The notes beneath the pieces are model-generated. The model saw only the letters and a program-made list of their open reading frames with translations, searched no databases and had not been told where the DNA came from. Positions 1 through 11,056 of a DNA stretch of 64,000 nt are shown in pieces. Source of the DNA: Oopsacas minuta (Eukaryota > Animalia > Porifera); contig JAKMXF010000288.1 of the NCBI GenBank assembly GCA_024704765.1, forward strand, positions 485,445 through 549,444. Reading direction: 5' to 3'. Position numbers and translations under genes: made by a program. How positions within the stretch are numbered: position 1 is the first letter of the stretch; each line of letters begins with the position of its first letter.

Positions 1-2970
1 CCCACTAAAATTTGTTAAAACTTCCATAGTTGGTTTGCCATTAACTGAGAATGCTTTGAGTCCATAATGCATTATGGAACCTAAATCGTAACTAACACCT
101 AAACTGTTGATTGACGTCTGTGTGTGTCTTGCGAAATTCACACGCTTTTCTGGGACAATGTTCTCCCAAAGTATCCGGACATATTGGCTTCTGTCTGGCC
201 GGGATTGCTCGTGCCAAAACCCAAGGGCGTGACATATCTCATGAATAATCATTCCCCTATTGTCACAAAATCGGACCGATATTATCTGTTCTCCTCTCCC
301 CTGCATGCCAACATTTGACGCACACCTAGAAAATTAGTAAATAAGTAAACAAATATGTAAATATGTGAAAGTATTATTAATCGTGTAGATATAAAATCGA
401 ATTGTCAAAATTGGAATCTACAGCCCAGTTAGCCGTTAAAGAGAATTTCTAGCATCTTTTTTAAATATTCCCCAAAAGGTGTGAAAATGTGATTAATCAC
501 ATGTTTGGTGTTATTTATCAGTACAACTTACATATAATTCCTACTCTCAAATAAGACATAATTCTCCTCATCATTTCGTTCCACAAATGTGACACAAGTC
601 TTTGAAGATATGTGATTCATAGCTCGATAGATTCTATCCTTTGTTCTTAGGCCTAAAAATAGAATATTCAAAGGTGTGAAATTGGCAGAATCGGGTTCGC
701 AATTTTCGGCGTCCCTTTCACACAATCTGTGGAGATTATACTGTATCCCAGTTATCGAACCATTCGGTCTATAGTTCCGTTATATACATATACAGTATAC
801 TCTGCTTAATAGGGTCACATTGGACCCAGAGGCCATTTGGACCGATTAAGTGGAGTCTACTGTAGTACCAAAATTGAAAATTATCACCTAACGAATGTGT
901 TTCCTTAGTTACCATAAATATTTGACCTTTCATAGTTGTATATATTTTTCTTTCATGTGTGGCTTTGTGGTTTGTACTGCTACTTCAATAATGTCAGTAA
1001 TTTCTTAATTGAATAGTAATGCATTATCAATAATCATATGGATATAACAGCAAGATACATATTGTAAACAAGCTCGTAAACAAAACACCAACATTGCTTA
1101 CATTCTTATAATTTATCTGAATTGAGTTAATTCGAATGTGGCCACTCGCTATAGTAAATACACTAATGGAATGTGTCGAGTATTATCTTGAGTAGAATTT
1201 TATTATTTACGAAGTGTGTATAACAGCTGATTTCGAGATAAATGGTGATGTTATATCATGAAACAGGTGTGAAAATATTCATATTTTAATTATTGTTGCA
1301 TAGTTGCACTTGCTCAGCTATACGTGCCACATGGCAGCCATATTCATGCCACTTTTTGCGAGGATAAAATGCCTTATAATTATTTTCTAATACTACTCTG
1401 CATACACCGTATACTCGACATATTTTGCCATGTGCCACTTGCACCACAAGTGGTAGAGTGCCACAATAAATTCCCCAGATTGTGAACCTCATATTGCACC
1501 CCTGTACCAATTTTCAAGTCGATCGGACCCATAGGGACCGCTGTAGCCCTTAATATTAAATTTTTCTGTTCTCAATGCGTGAACATATCGAATTGATACA
1601 CTAATTTGTACACTTAATGATTCAAATATGTATAATCATATGGAACTAAGAATATGGAACCAAGATTATCATCTTATTGAGTGTAATATTTAATTGTTTT
1701 CCAGTTATTACATTATCATCTTTCTGACAATCAGATTTACACATATCACTTATAATTGTGCTCTCGTGCCGATTAACTTGGATCAGCTGTTTGGAATTGG
1801 TAGAGGGCATGATAAAATATCTGGCGTGATATCCGCATGCCAATATTACCAAGTGGCAATTAGGAAGAGGTTGTTACTTTGTATGTTATTTCCTAATTAA
1901 TATTCTAAAATTTTGTTGTACTCATGCTAGAATTATGTGAGAATGGAATGTTGAGGATTACTCTACCTGGTTCCCATTGGTACTAACTACGGGGTCAGCT
2001 GTATTGTTTATTTATTTGTTTGTTTGTTAGTTAGTTAGTTTAAATGTTTGTTTGGGGAAACTTGATCCCTAACATACCTACATTCGGGACTTCATGGCAA
2101 TACGCAAACTGAAAATATAAAGTTTCTGTCATTCATATCTATAGTTCCATATTAACCTAATCAGGCGTTCAATGCAAACTATTCAAACTGCTAATTAGCG
2201 TAATTAATAATAATAATTCATATTATTATACTCAAAAGTGTATATACAAACAATAATTAACTTAGGAATATATTTACGTTACTCACCTACTGAACTATCA
2301 ATTAGATATGGCACAATAGCATTAGGCCACTTTGATATCTCCCATCTTGTAATAGCCCTCTCTGACAGTCGTCTTCTTGGCTTTAAGTGCCAGACTTTGT
2401 CCAGTAGCGGTTCGTTGAATTTAATATCACCTTCAAATAGTCCACCTTCTATATCACGTTGCCTAGCAACTAAATCATCTTTAGGAATGTCGTGTGTTAT
2501 ATTCAGAGAGTTTAATGCTCGTTTTAGTTCTCTGTATTCTCTACGTGTTAGATTCAATATGAACCAAAGTGTTACTAAAATAGATATATATCATATTTAT
2601 ATTTATTTCTGTCAAATTTATGGAAACAGTAGCCTCCTCTTAAAAGGGCCAATTGGACAGAACCAAAACCATATTATACATTCCAGTTAATGGCACAATT
2701 AAGTGGAGATACTGTATCCACTTTCTGCTTATAATTATTCCAAATATAACTAATAGAAATCGAACTTTTGTCATATGAATAATCAAATTGTTGTTAATTC
2801 ATTTCTGTATCTAACTTACTATTTTGATATTTATCTGTTTGTTCAAAGTTTTGCGGTATTTTCAGTTCACCGTTTCCAAAATATCTCCGTCGTTGTGGGA
2901 GAATAAAATCTGTCTGCAAACTCACTACAGCTGAAATAAACAAAAACACCAACAACAGATACAAACGCAT
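1..2970 (-). CDS. Astacin-family (M12A) zinc metalloprotease; 3' end runs off the window start
   Basis: Exons 2970-2871 (signal peptide MRLYLLLVFLFISAVVS), about 2575-2287 (propeptide GLFEGDI, then KWPNAIVPY), 652-532 and 325-1, with compatible splice phases. The last exon contains HEICHALGFWHEQSRPDR (HExxHxxGxxH) and the SIMHY Met-turn. Confidence 0.93.
793..862. mobile_element. 70-bp Tc1/mariner/pogo-type MITE
   Basis: TA|CAGTATACTCTGCTTAAT ... ATTAAGTGGAGTCTACTG|TA: 18-bp imperfect TIRs starting CAGT, with TA on both flanks. Confidence 0.7.
2627..2714. mobile_element. MITE related to the 793-862 element
   Basis: CAGTAGCCTCCTCTTAA ... TTAAGTGGAGATACTG|TA; same TIR family. The left TA is not preserved. 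Confidence 0.5.
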
Positions 2971-3952
2971 TCAGAATTGTTTATCCTCTATGGTGATTTA
3001 GTATTTATACTATGAGTACACTAGAAGCCTAGTAACCCTTATGTTGAATTGGTATCTTATTTTCAATATGTTTCCTGTCCAACTTATACTACGCATAATT
3101 GCCCAGCTGGTCCAATATTTATTGCATATTGTCACACCTTTTTCGACGTATTTTGAAATGGTATTTTCTTTCATAAAAGTTCACATAAATTGTGTCCTGC
3201 GTGTTGATTAGTATGCTTCTAATGTCTTATCAGCTTAATGCATTCCTATTGTATATTGTGGTTGCTATGCTAATGGTAATTATTAGTATTAGGCGCCTGA
3301 ATTTTAGAAGTTTTACATTTTGTGTGTCAACCCTTACAATATGATTAGACAAGAATTTCTCAAGATTAGCTGCTTTTTTGCTATTCGTTAGCGAACAAAA
3401 TTTGACCGATAGATTGAGGTATTGTGTAGAATATATTATCACCTTTCTCAGAGATTAGTTGAGATTTTGCTTAGCTATTCACGAATTATTTAGTTTACAC
3501 CACTTCACACATATGTGCTACTTTTCAGATTTGTGACTCAAGCCGGTTACTCAAAAGATTATAGCAAAAATATTACACTAACGACATGTGCACTTGAAAT
3601 GCCATCTAGCTTACCTTGTAACTACCTTAAATCCCCAACTTAGTCTGAGCCATTTTCAAAATTATATCACAGTTGGGTGTGCCATAATTGTGTCTTATCT
3701 GCCACCTGAAGATAGCAATAATAGTGTGGATTGCCATTGCATAATGTTATCGTTTCCATCAATCAAATGTGTGTATTTTGCTTGAATGAATATTCAGCGA
3801 TTTTCCTTCAATCTTATTGGTTATTAGAAATTGTTCCGAGTATAAATACTAATTTTTTTCAAATTCCTACTTTTTTTGGTTTTTTATTTCAATTTGTTTT
3901 GACTAATTTCCTTAATTAATACTTTAAGAATATTTCTATTATAGTAATTAAT

Positions 3953-3966
3953 GTAACCATGGCAAC
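3953..3966. promoter_or_regulatory. RFX X-box-like motif
   Basis: GTAACCATGGCAAC matches the GTNRCC-N0-3-RGYAAC consensus. It is intergenic and the target gene is unclear. Confidence 0.3.
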
Positions 3967-4566
3967 GCTAATTGGTGATAGTTATTTATTGGACCAACCC
4001 AGCTATATTGCATGTTCATGCTTTATAGATTATCTACTCTGATCATGAGTGATATAATTTCATTCTAACAACTGTAGCTTAATATTTTCTAATTTTATCT
4101 TAAGTGGTTTGAGCCACATTTGAGCCACAATTCTAAATATTTAATCTAACATTTAAGCCTTCAATTGACTCTTAAAGTTATTTCCTTTTTAACAAATGAA
4201 CTTTCATAACTAACAACAACATGGCAATGTATTCAAATGTGTCAAAAGTGGCTCTGATCATATGATAATAACTTCGTCTCTTAATTTTCATTGCAGAACT
4301 AATTAGCTAATCAATTTAGTTCTTTTAACACCCTGTCGTTAACCTTAAATTGCTAATTAAAGCTATCAACCAACCAAATCTCGTCCTTGTTCTATATAAC
4401 ATCAGAGTTCCTTCAAAAGCGACACATTGTGCCAGTCATTTGGGTGCCACAAACCATTTACCAACCACTTAACTTCCCTGGAAGCCATCCAGCCAATAGG
4501 AAGCTGTATAAAAATAGAAAATTGTTTGTATTTATTTTAATTGAAATAATATGGATAATTAATTCC

Positions 4567-4626
4567 AATGGGTCGTTTTGTGCCATATTGGAATGGGCCG
4601 TTTTGTGCCATATTGGAATGGGTCGT
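4567..4626. repeat. 25-bp tandem repeat, about 2.4 copies
   Basis: Unit AATGGGTCGTTTTGTGCCATATTGG. Confidence 0.85.
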
Positions 4627-5387
4627 GCTTCAGGCACTTGCAGTTTAGATACATATATTATCAATGTTATATATATCTGTTGCTATTGATTAAAATATGC
4701 CCGCTCAACCATTATGATATATTCTTGCAATTCATAAGGAATTTAATCTCATTGAATACTCATAATTGGTAACATAGTTATTCGATCCACCTACCACTTA
4801 TCGTCGACACATTTAAGCCACCTTGATAATATGGTTCTGTTTTATATGAATAAGTGCAGAGGTTTATACGTAATAGACTATCAATTAGAGAGCATTAGTT
4901 ACTGAATTCTTACAAAGGAATTTATGCTGGCCCTGTAAGAGGCATGACGATCTTGCCCGTGTTGATGTGGGCAGGAATGTAGCATGCAGGTGTGAGATGG
5001 TGGATTCATAAATGTGTTATAATATATAGCCTAATTCTTCACACCTAGCGGAGAAATGGTAACGAATGTGTCCGCTGATTTGATTATAAGCGAGTAGGTT
5101 GATATTATATATTAAAAATACAAGTAATGTTTCAGCCATAAACTCCGATACCAATTCTAAGACCTGTAGACCCCTGATCTCCTCCGTGGACCACCAAAGG
5201 TCTAAGGACCCCAGGTTGGGAACCGTTGAGGTACCTAGCACAGCACACTGGGCAATTAGAGTACAGGAAATAAGAGAGGACCCACTTTAGTTTATACACA
5301 TTTTAACACCTATAGGTGTATGTAAATTGGAACTATAGATATTTCAGTTAATGGGGTCAGGTCAATTGTCCCCATTAACTGGAACTA

Positions 5388-5537
5388 CAGTTAACTCCTG
5401 TTATATCTAAGCTTAAGGGACAGTGATAACTACTTCCATATAACCGATGTGACATATGTTACTTTGATGGCTTAGGACCATATTTGTGCAACTCACACCT
5501 CGATATACGCGTGGTAGATATAACGGGGAGTTGAATG
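5388..5537. mobile_element. 150-bp Tc1/mariner/pogo-type MITE (copy 1)
   Basis: TA|CAGTTAACTCCTGTTATATCTA ... TAGATATAACGGGGAGTTGAATG|TA. A second copy of the same length lies inverted at 8564-8713. Confidence 0.75.
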
Positions 5538-6062
5538 TATCACTTTCCAGACCAAGTAGCACTTTACAAGATGTTCTATGAGTCATAGTCTTTAATTCAA
5601 TTATCACAGTTGTAACACCTCACACAAGGTGGAATACATATACAGGTGACTAATGGTTACCGGGTGTGCAGTTTAATAATATAAATAATTCACACTATTT
5701 TAATATGAAACTGGATCTAATTATGATTAATAACATTATCCAAAATATGAAGGAAGGGTTACAGGATACAAATATAATAATATTAGCCCTCTATATTGTT
5801 AATTGAAATATGAAACTAAACTCTAATTAATGTTAATTCAGATTTGTTACACTTTATTATATTCCTTCTAAAGGGGGCAGAATTGTCCCGTTTTATGAGA
5901 CTTACAATGGGTATCACTTACAGAGGAGTAAAGGACCGCGCTCCATTTATGCTTCAAGAGCGGAAGGTGAACCGGCGCTCCTATTTAATTGCTAATAATT
6001 TACAAATTTTATAGTTTCTCTGCATAGAATTCAGTATTTTAGCTATTAAAGTGTGTAATGTG

Positions 6063-6168
6063 ACACTTTAGTATAATTCACGATTTGTTCGAATGCTTTG
6101 AAGTTACACTTTTAGTATAATTCACGATTTGTTCGAATGCTTTGAAGTTACACTTTTAGTATAATTCA
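6063..6168. repeat. 44-bp tandem repeat, about 2.4 copies
   Basis: Unit ACACTTTTAGTATAATTCACGATTTGTTCGAATGCTTTGAAGTT. Confidence 0.85.
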
Positions 6169-6532
6169 ATACTAATTAATACAAATATTATTTGAATCTG
6201 AAAGAATTAATTGGAGCGCAGCTCCTTTTGAGGGCGGGATCACGGAGCTAGAGCGCGCTCTGATCGGTTATTAGAACATACCGGAGTACCATCCTCCGGA
6301 AATCGGTTCTCATATATTCCTGTATATTTATACCGGTTCTAAGAACATAAATAGCTACTCCTAAGGGTGTTGTTATAACCTTATATCTGTACTAATAATA
6401 GCGACCCTCACGGGATATCTGGATTATCTTTCGGGCGGATAATTATATCCATGCTCATGCCACTTTTTCCCAGTGGCTCCCTGGTGGCAGTTATTGACAG
6501 TTTTGATTGTTTTCTAGTTCTAAAATTAGTAA

Positions 6533-9500
6533 ATGAGTTTTGAGATCCCGCCAAAATATCGTGATGCTATTTTTAGAATTTCAAGAGTAAGTGAGATTCT
6601 ATTTTCATTTCTGAGTGGTTCTATAACAATTGTCAGTTACGGAACAGCCTTTTGGTATGTGGAGGTGACAAGTGGCACACATGTTGGATTGTGGCAGAAG
6701 TGTAGCGGAAACCCTTTAAAATGTGTCGGAATAAGTCTGGAATATAGTGGCACAAGTGGTGAGTTATTGATTACTTTTTGACACCTTTAGTTATTTAGTC
6801 AAGTTTATAAATTTTGTAATTATTCGACACTTACGAAAGTGGCACCACCCCTCATATTTTATGTTATTGCTTACAATAGAATTCGAGACGTCTGGTATTC
6901 TCATTATATATGCGTTCAGTTTTGTATAAAATGCAAAATTTCCCAAGAATTCTCATTCGCGATTTTCATAGCTTCGGTCTTTGCCTCGTTGTCATCTGGT
7001 GTCGACACATTTGTGCCCAGTGCTTTCCTTGTCCACTCCTCTGCGCCACTTTTGTCACCTCGCTTGAGACAACATTTCGCGAGGAAAACTTGGTTCCGAA
7101 TCCAAAATCCAGGCTTTAAGTTCTCGGCTTGTAAGAACATTTCCTCTGCTTGCTCTACTGTACCTAGGTGTTAATATTGTGTCGTAAGTGGCATATAATA
7201 TTTACAAATATGTCACAAGTGTCACAAACCTGAGAATATGTTACCGTATAGAGTAGTAGCGGCCTTTTTCATGACCCATGATAGGTGTGAAAGTTCAAAG
7301 TACCAGTTACCCATCAGGTGATATAAAGTTGGCTCATTTGGCGCCAATTTTATAGCAATCTCCAGATGATTTTTGTATTCCGCGCCTAAACGTGCCTACA
7401 TACATTTATTTAGCAACACAGATGGTTAATAACTATGTAGAATGATTGTTAGAAATATGTCATCCAATTAAAATAGGGTGGCCCTTGGGGACCATTTATC
7501 AACTTTTCATAATTGGCTATATTATATTATCTGAGAGGGAGGCGCGATTAAGGAACTAATCCCTACTCTAATTCATTTGTGCTGTGTACTCTGATGGATA
7601 GGGTCGCACAGGCATTATTTTGACCCAATGACCCTGGTAGCAAGTGGCACAGTAAAATGATTTTCTTGTAAATATCAATTTCATATACTTCTTTCTTTTG
7701 GTAAGAAAATCTGAAATTCCTAATTATAATTATTATCGCATAGCAACCAAAATTCTAGAGAATATGTTATCTTTTATTCATGGAATTCATATTTGTGTGA
7801 AACAGCTGGTTGTGTGTCTAAATATGGTGGAGCATGACAAGAACATTTTATTTGCTTACAACTTAATCTGAGTTGTTAGTTCCTGGAAATAATACGCAAA
7901 CATTGGTTCACGCACTTATAAATTGCGGTTCATAAACCATGGATAATAGCCTACACGTATATACGATTTCATATTTTCACACTTTTATACGTTATAAAGG
8001 GCACATTAGTGTATAAGATTAAATTAACTCAAATATCCATGGTTCAATAATGTAATAATTACCTTTTCTTGCGTGGATTCTGATTGACTGAGAGTGCCAC
8101 AACATATAGCATACCATTTGTGAGAAATCCAGCTGTCGTTATCCAATCGGATTGCAGCTTCTGAGTATGATATCCCTAGTTTAACTGTGTCGGTTATTTG
8201 TACCACGTTTATGCCACTTTCTTTCATATGCGCGACACTATGGATATAACACCTTGCTAAACGCCATGCCACTTCAGCTGAGGTTAGGCTAGAGGTGTCA
8301 AGTGGTGGATTGTGTCGCGGACACAATTCCACCAATACCTTTATAACTTCACCACATGTATGACTGTTTGATTGACATTCCAAATCTTTATCATCAATTT
8401 CTAACAAAATTTCTTCTAAGCTATAAATAGATTTATTTCTTAATTAAATTACAACTGAGATTATATAATATGGACCATGGATAATTGATTTATTTCCTAG
8501 CAACAGAAATATTCCACCTATATGCTTATTGGGCGGCTAACCATGGATGGTGGATTTATTTTACAGTCAACTCCCATTATATCTAACACGGATATATCGA
8601 AGTGTTAAATTATACAAATATGGTCCCAAACCGCCAAAGTGACATATATTCCATCGGTCATATCGAAGTAATTATCACGGTCCCTTGAGCTTAGATATAA
8701 CAGGAGTTGATTGTGTATCCGAATCCTCCTCCAACAAAGAGAGGAGTCCTCAAATGGGCGCGCATGCTTTAGTTAGAATTTTAAGGTTGTCATTAGTTAG
8801 AATTTTCTGAATTGTAACAAGTTAGAATCGATTTTTAGTCGATTGGAATAAGTTAGAATCAAATTTTAGTCGATTGGAACAAGTTAGAATCGATTTTCCG
8901 ACTGTGGTCACAAGTGTAAATAAACAAAAATCCATGGTCCGCCATTCTGCAGACTTTACTAATAATTAGTCCAACAAAAGTCCATCCAAACACAAAATTA
9001 CCATGAAGTCCACATCCCCGCCCATAGGTAGCTTAATAACGAATACAAATGAAAACTCCCAGATCCATAAGGTAGTGAATTAAATCCCTAATCCCCTCCC
9101 AATGGTACGGGTGTATAATTACTACAATAAAAAGTTTTCTCGGGCCTCGTTTTGCCATGCGATATCTCGGAAAAGTAGATTCTGATTTGTGACAACAGTC
9201 TGAATTCGATTCTAACTTGTTATAATAGACTCAAAATCGATTCTAACTTGTTCCAATCGACTACAAATCGATTCTAACTTGTTCCAATCGACTACAAATC
9301 GATTCTAACTTGTTCCAATCGACTACAAATCGATTCTAACTTGTTACAATTCAGAAAATTCTAACTAATGACAACCTTAAAATTTTAACTAAAGCAGCGC
9401 CCCCCTCAAATGAGCTAAATAACATCCATGGTTAAATAAATAATGAACATATAAGTGGCTTTACAACCAATCAAATGCTACCTTTTCCGGTTGGGTTTGC

Positions 9501-10731
9501 TATTAGGCTCTTCATCAGAAAAATCGAAGAAGTTGTCACTTTCCCCATTTCTTGATTCATATGTGGATTGAAACTCTGAATCTCTATCACTCACTACTTG
9601 GTTCCTAGTCCTAACACGTCTCCGTACATGTTGTTCATGTGTTAGTTCCAGTTTCAATGTATCAATGTCTGCACTTATCTTTTCAACCTACACACAAGTA
9701 AATATAAAACTCAAATATTCTGACGGAAATTCCCTAATTCATTTCATGGATACCAAATGTGTAATTGGAATTTAGTATAAGGCGCTAGATGAGGTGTGAA
9801 ATAGTCCTGTTATATAGTTCATATATTGTGTGGTACCAATTTGTCCTTCTGGAGAACGAATCCTAAAAACAGCTGATTAATTCTGATTAGCAAATACTCA
9901 CACTCTGTTTTATTTGAGTTAGTTTCAGTTCCATTTCTCGTCTGTTTGCATTTCTAACTTTCCATATGACGTAACATAGTAACACAAAGTTAGCGCCACC
10001 AGCTGCCACCAGTGCCACTTGCGCCCACTTTTCCATTCTAATAAATTTCCAAAATATTTGTATTATAATTATCGCTAATTTCTTTCAATTATGGTTTCAT
10101 AAAAAATGTGTCCTTGTTGATTGTGTCACTATTTTATAGGCCACCTCAGGGCGACACAAGTGTTCCTCAGTCTAGCATTGATAGTTGCAATATTTGGTTC
10201 CATATTAAGTATTTTAAGCGCCATAACACACAAATGGCAGCTGTTAATAGTATCCAGCATCTCTTTAGCTATTCAATGTGAGTTATTATTTGTTTACTTA
10301 AAAAAGTAAACATCAACAATTGTTTACTTTATGTAGCTATCTTACTCCTGATTGGTCTATCTGTATACTCAAATATATTAACAACTCTACAGCTGATCAG
10401 AGATGACACAATAACAGCTGGTTGGAGTTTCTACATAGCTTGGATAGGCCTATTTATAGCTTTTTTAGGCGCCTTATATTTCAGTGGTGTTACTATTTAT
10501 AGATACAAGTATGTTACATAGTTACTAGGAAATGCTTTAGGAATGTATTCCTTATAGCCCAGAAGGAAGATTGCTTATTTATACAAATTGATTGCGTGTG
10601 CATTCCATAGGAACAGATGGTTGCCAGGGAGAGGTGCTCAAGACACTCAGCCATTTATCAGGCCGACACAATTTTTACATTTACAAGGTGCTAATGACGT
10701 ATTAGACTCTGATGATGATGATACAGATTAA
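6533..10731 (+). CDS. Claudin/PMP22-superfamily four-TM protein
   Basis: Exon 1 (6533-6758) has TM1 plus the W...GLW-xx-C-x6-C signature (FWYVEVTSGTHVGLWQKCSGNPLKC). Exon 2 (10140-10277) reads HLRATQVFLSLALIV; exon 3 starts at 10337 and has AGWSFYIAW. It stops at 10521, or at 10731 via a phase-compatible last exon starting at 10611. Confidence 0.85.
6916..10036 (-). CDS. RMDN: Regulator of microtubule dynamics protein, RMDN2/RMDN3 (PTPIP51)-like: N-terminal TM, coiled coil, TPR-like domain; nested in the claudin-like intron 1
   Basis: Exons about 10036-9902 (MEKWAQVALVAAGGANFVLLCYVIWK, TM), 9690-9482, 8410-8064 (AWRLARCY...SHKWYAICCG), 7400-7230 (HLEIAIKLAPNEPTLYHLMGNWYFELSHLSW) and 7170-6916 (FLQAENLKPGFWIRNQVFLAKC). 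Confidence 0.87.
8564..8713. mobile_element. 150-bp MITE (copy 2)
   Basis: TA|CAGTCAACTCCCATTATATCTAA ... TTAGATATAACAGGAGTTGATTG; reverse-complement homolog of 5388-5537. Confidence 0.75.
8757..9403. mobile_element. Non-autonomous foldback (Mutator-like) element with long TIRs built from about 29-bp subrepeats
   Basis: 8757-8900 is the reverse complement of about 9200-9403. The subrepeat is AAATCGATTCTAACTTGTTCCAATCGACT. The 9-bp direct repeat CCTCAAATG lies at 8748-8756 and 9404-9412 (TSD). Confidence 0.8.
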
Positions 10732-11056
10732 CTTGTTGTTGGTTTTATTTACAATATTCATGACATTTCATATCAGAACATGTTTATATTTGTGATTAAC
10801 TTCACACGTCTTTTTACACAGATTGAAGGTTTGGACCATGGATAAATAGTAAATAGGAACTGAATAGAATAAGATTGTAAATGGTCATGTTTATGCATTT
10901 ATCATATGATTAATCATATTTTCACACCTTTTGGATAATACAACTTACGCTAGAGATTTCTTTTCAACGGATAGAGAGGGGTAATTGAGAGATATTTGTT
11001 TGTGTTGTTTGCTTGTTTGTTTGTTTATTTGTTTGTTTGTTTGTTGTTAGTTTAGA

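Noticed and set aside
100-135. Apparent frameshift in the astacin catalytic exon
   Set aside because: Careful re-reading of the (TG)n stretch gives an intact frame: NFARHTQTSINSLGVSYDLGSIMHY.
5195-5235. hAT/Charlie-like terminus (CAACGGTTCCCAACCTGGGGTCC on the minus strand)
   Set aside because: No matching second end or 8-bp TSD was found.
6063-6168. 44-bp direct repeats as a CRISPR array
   Set aside because: The units are contiguous with no spacers.
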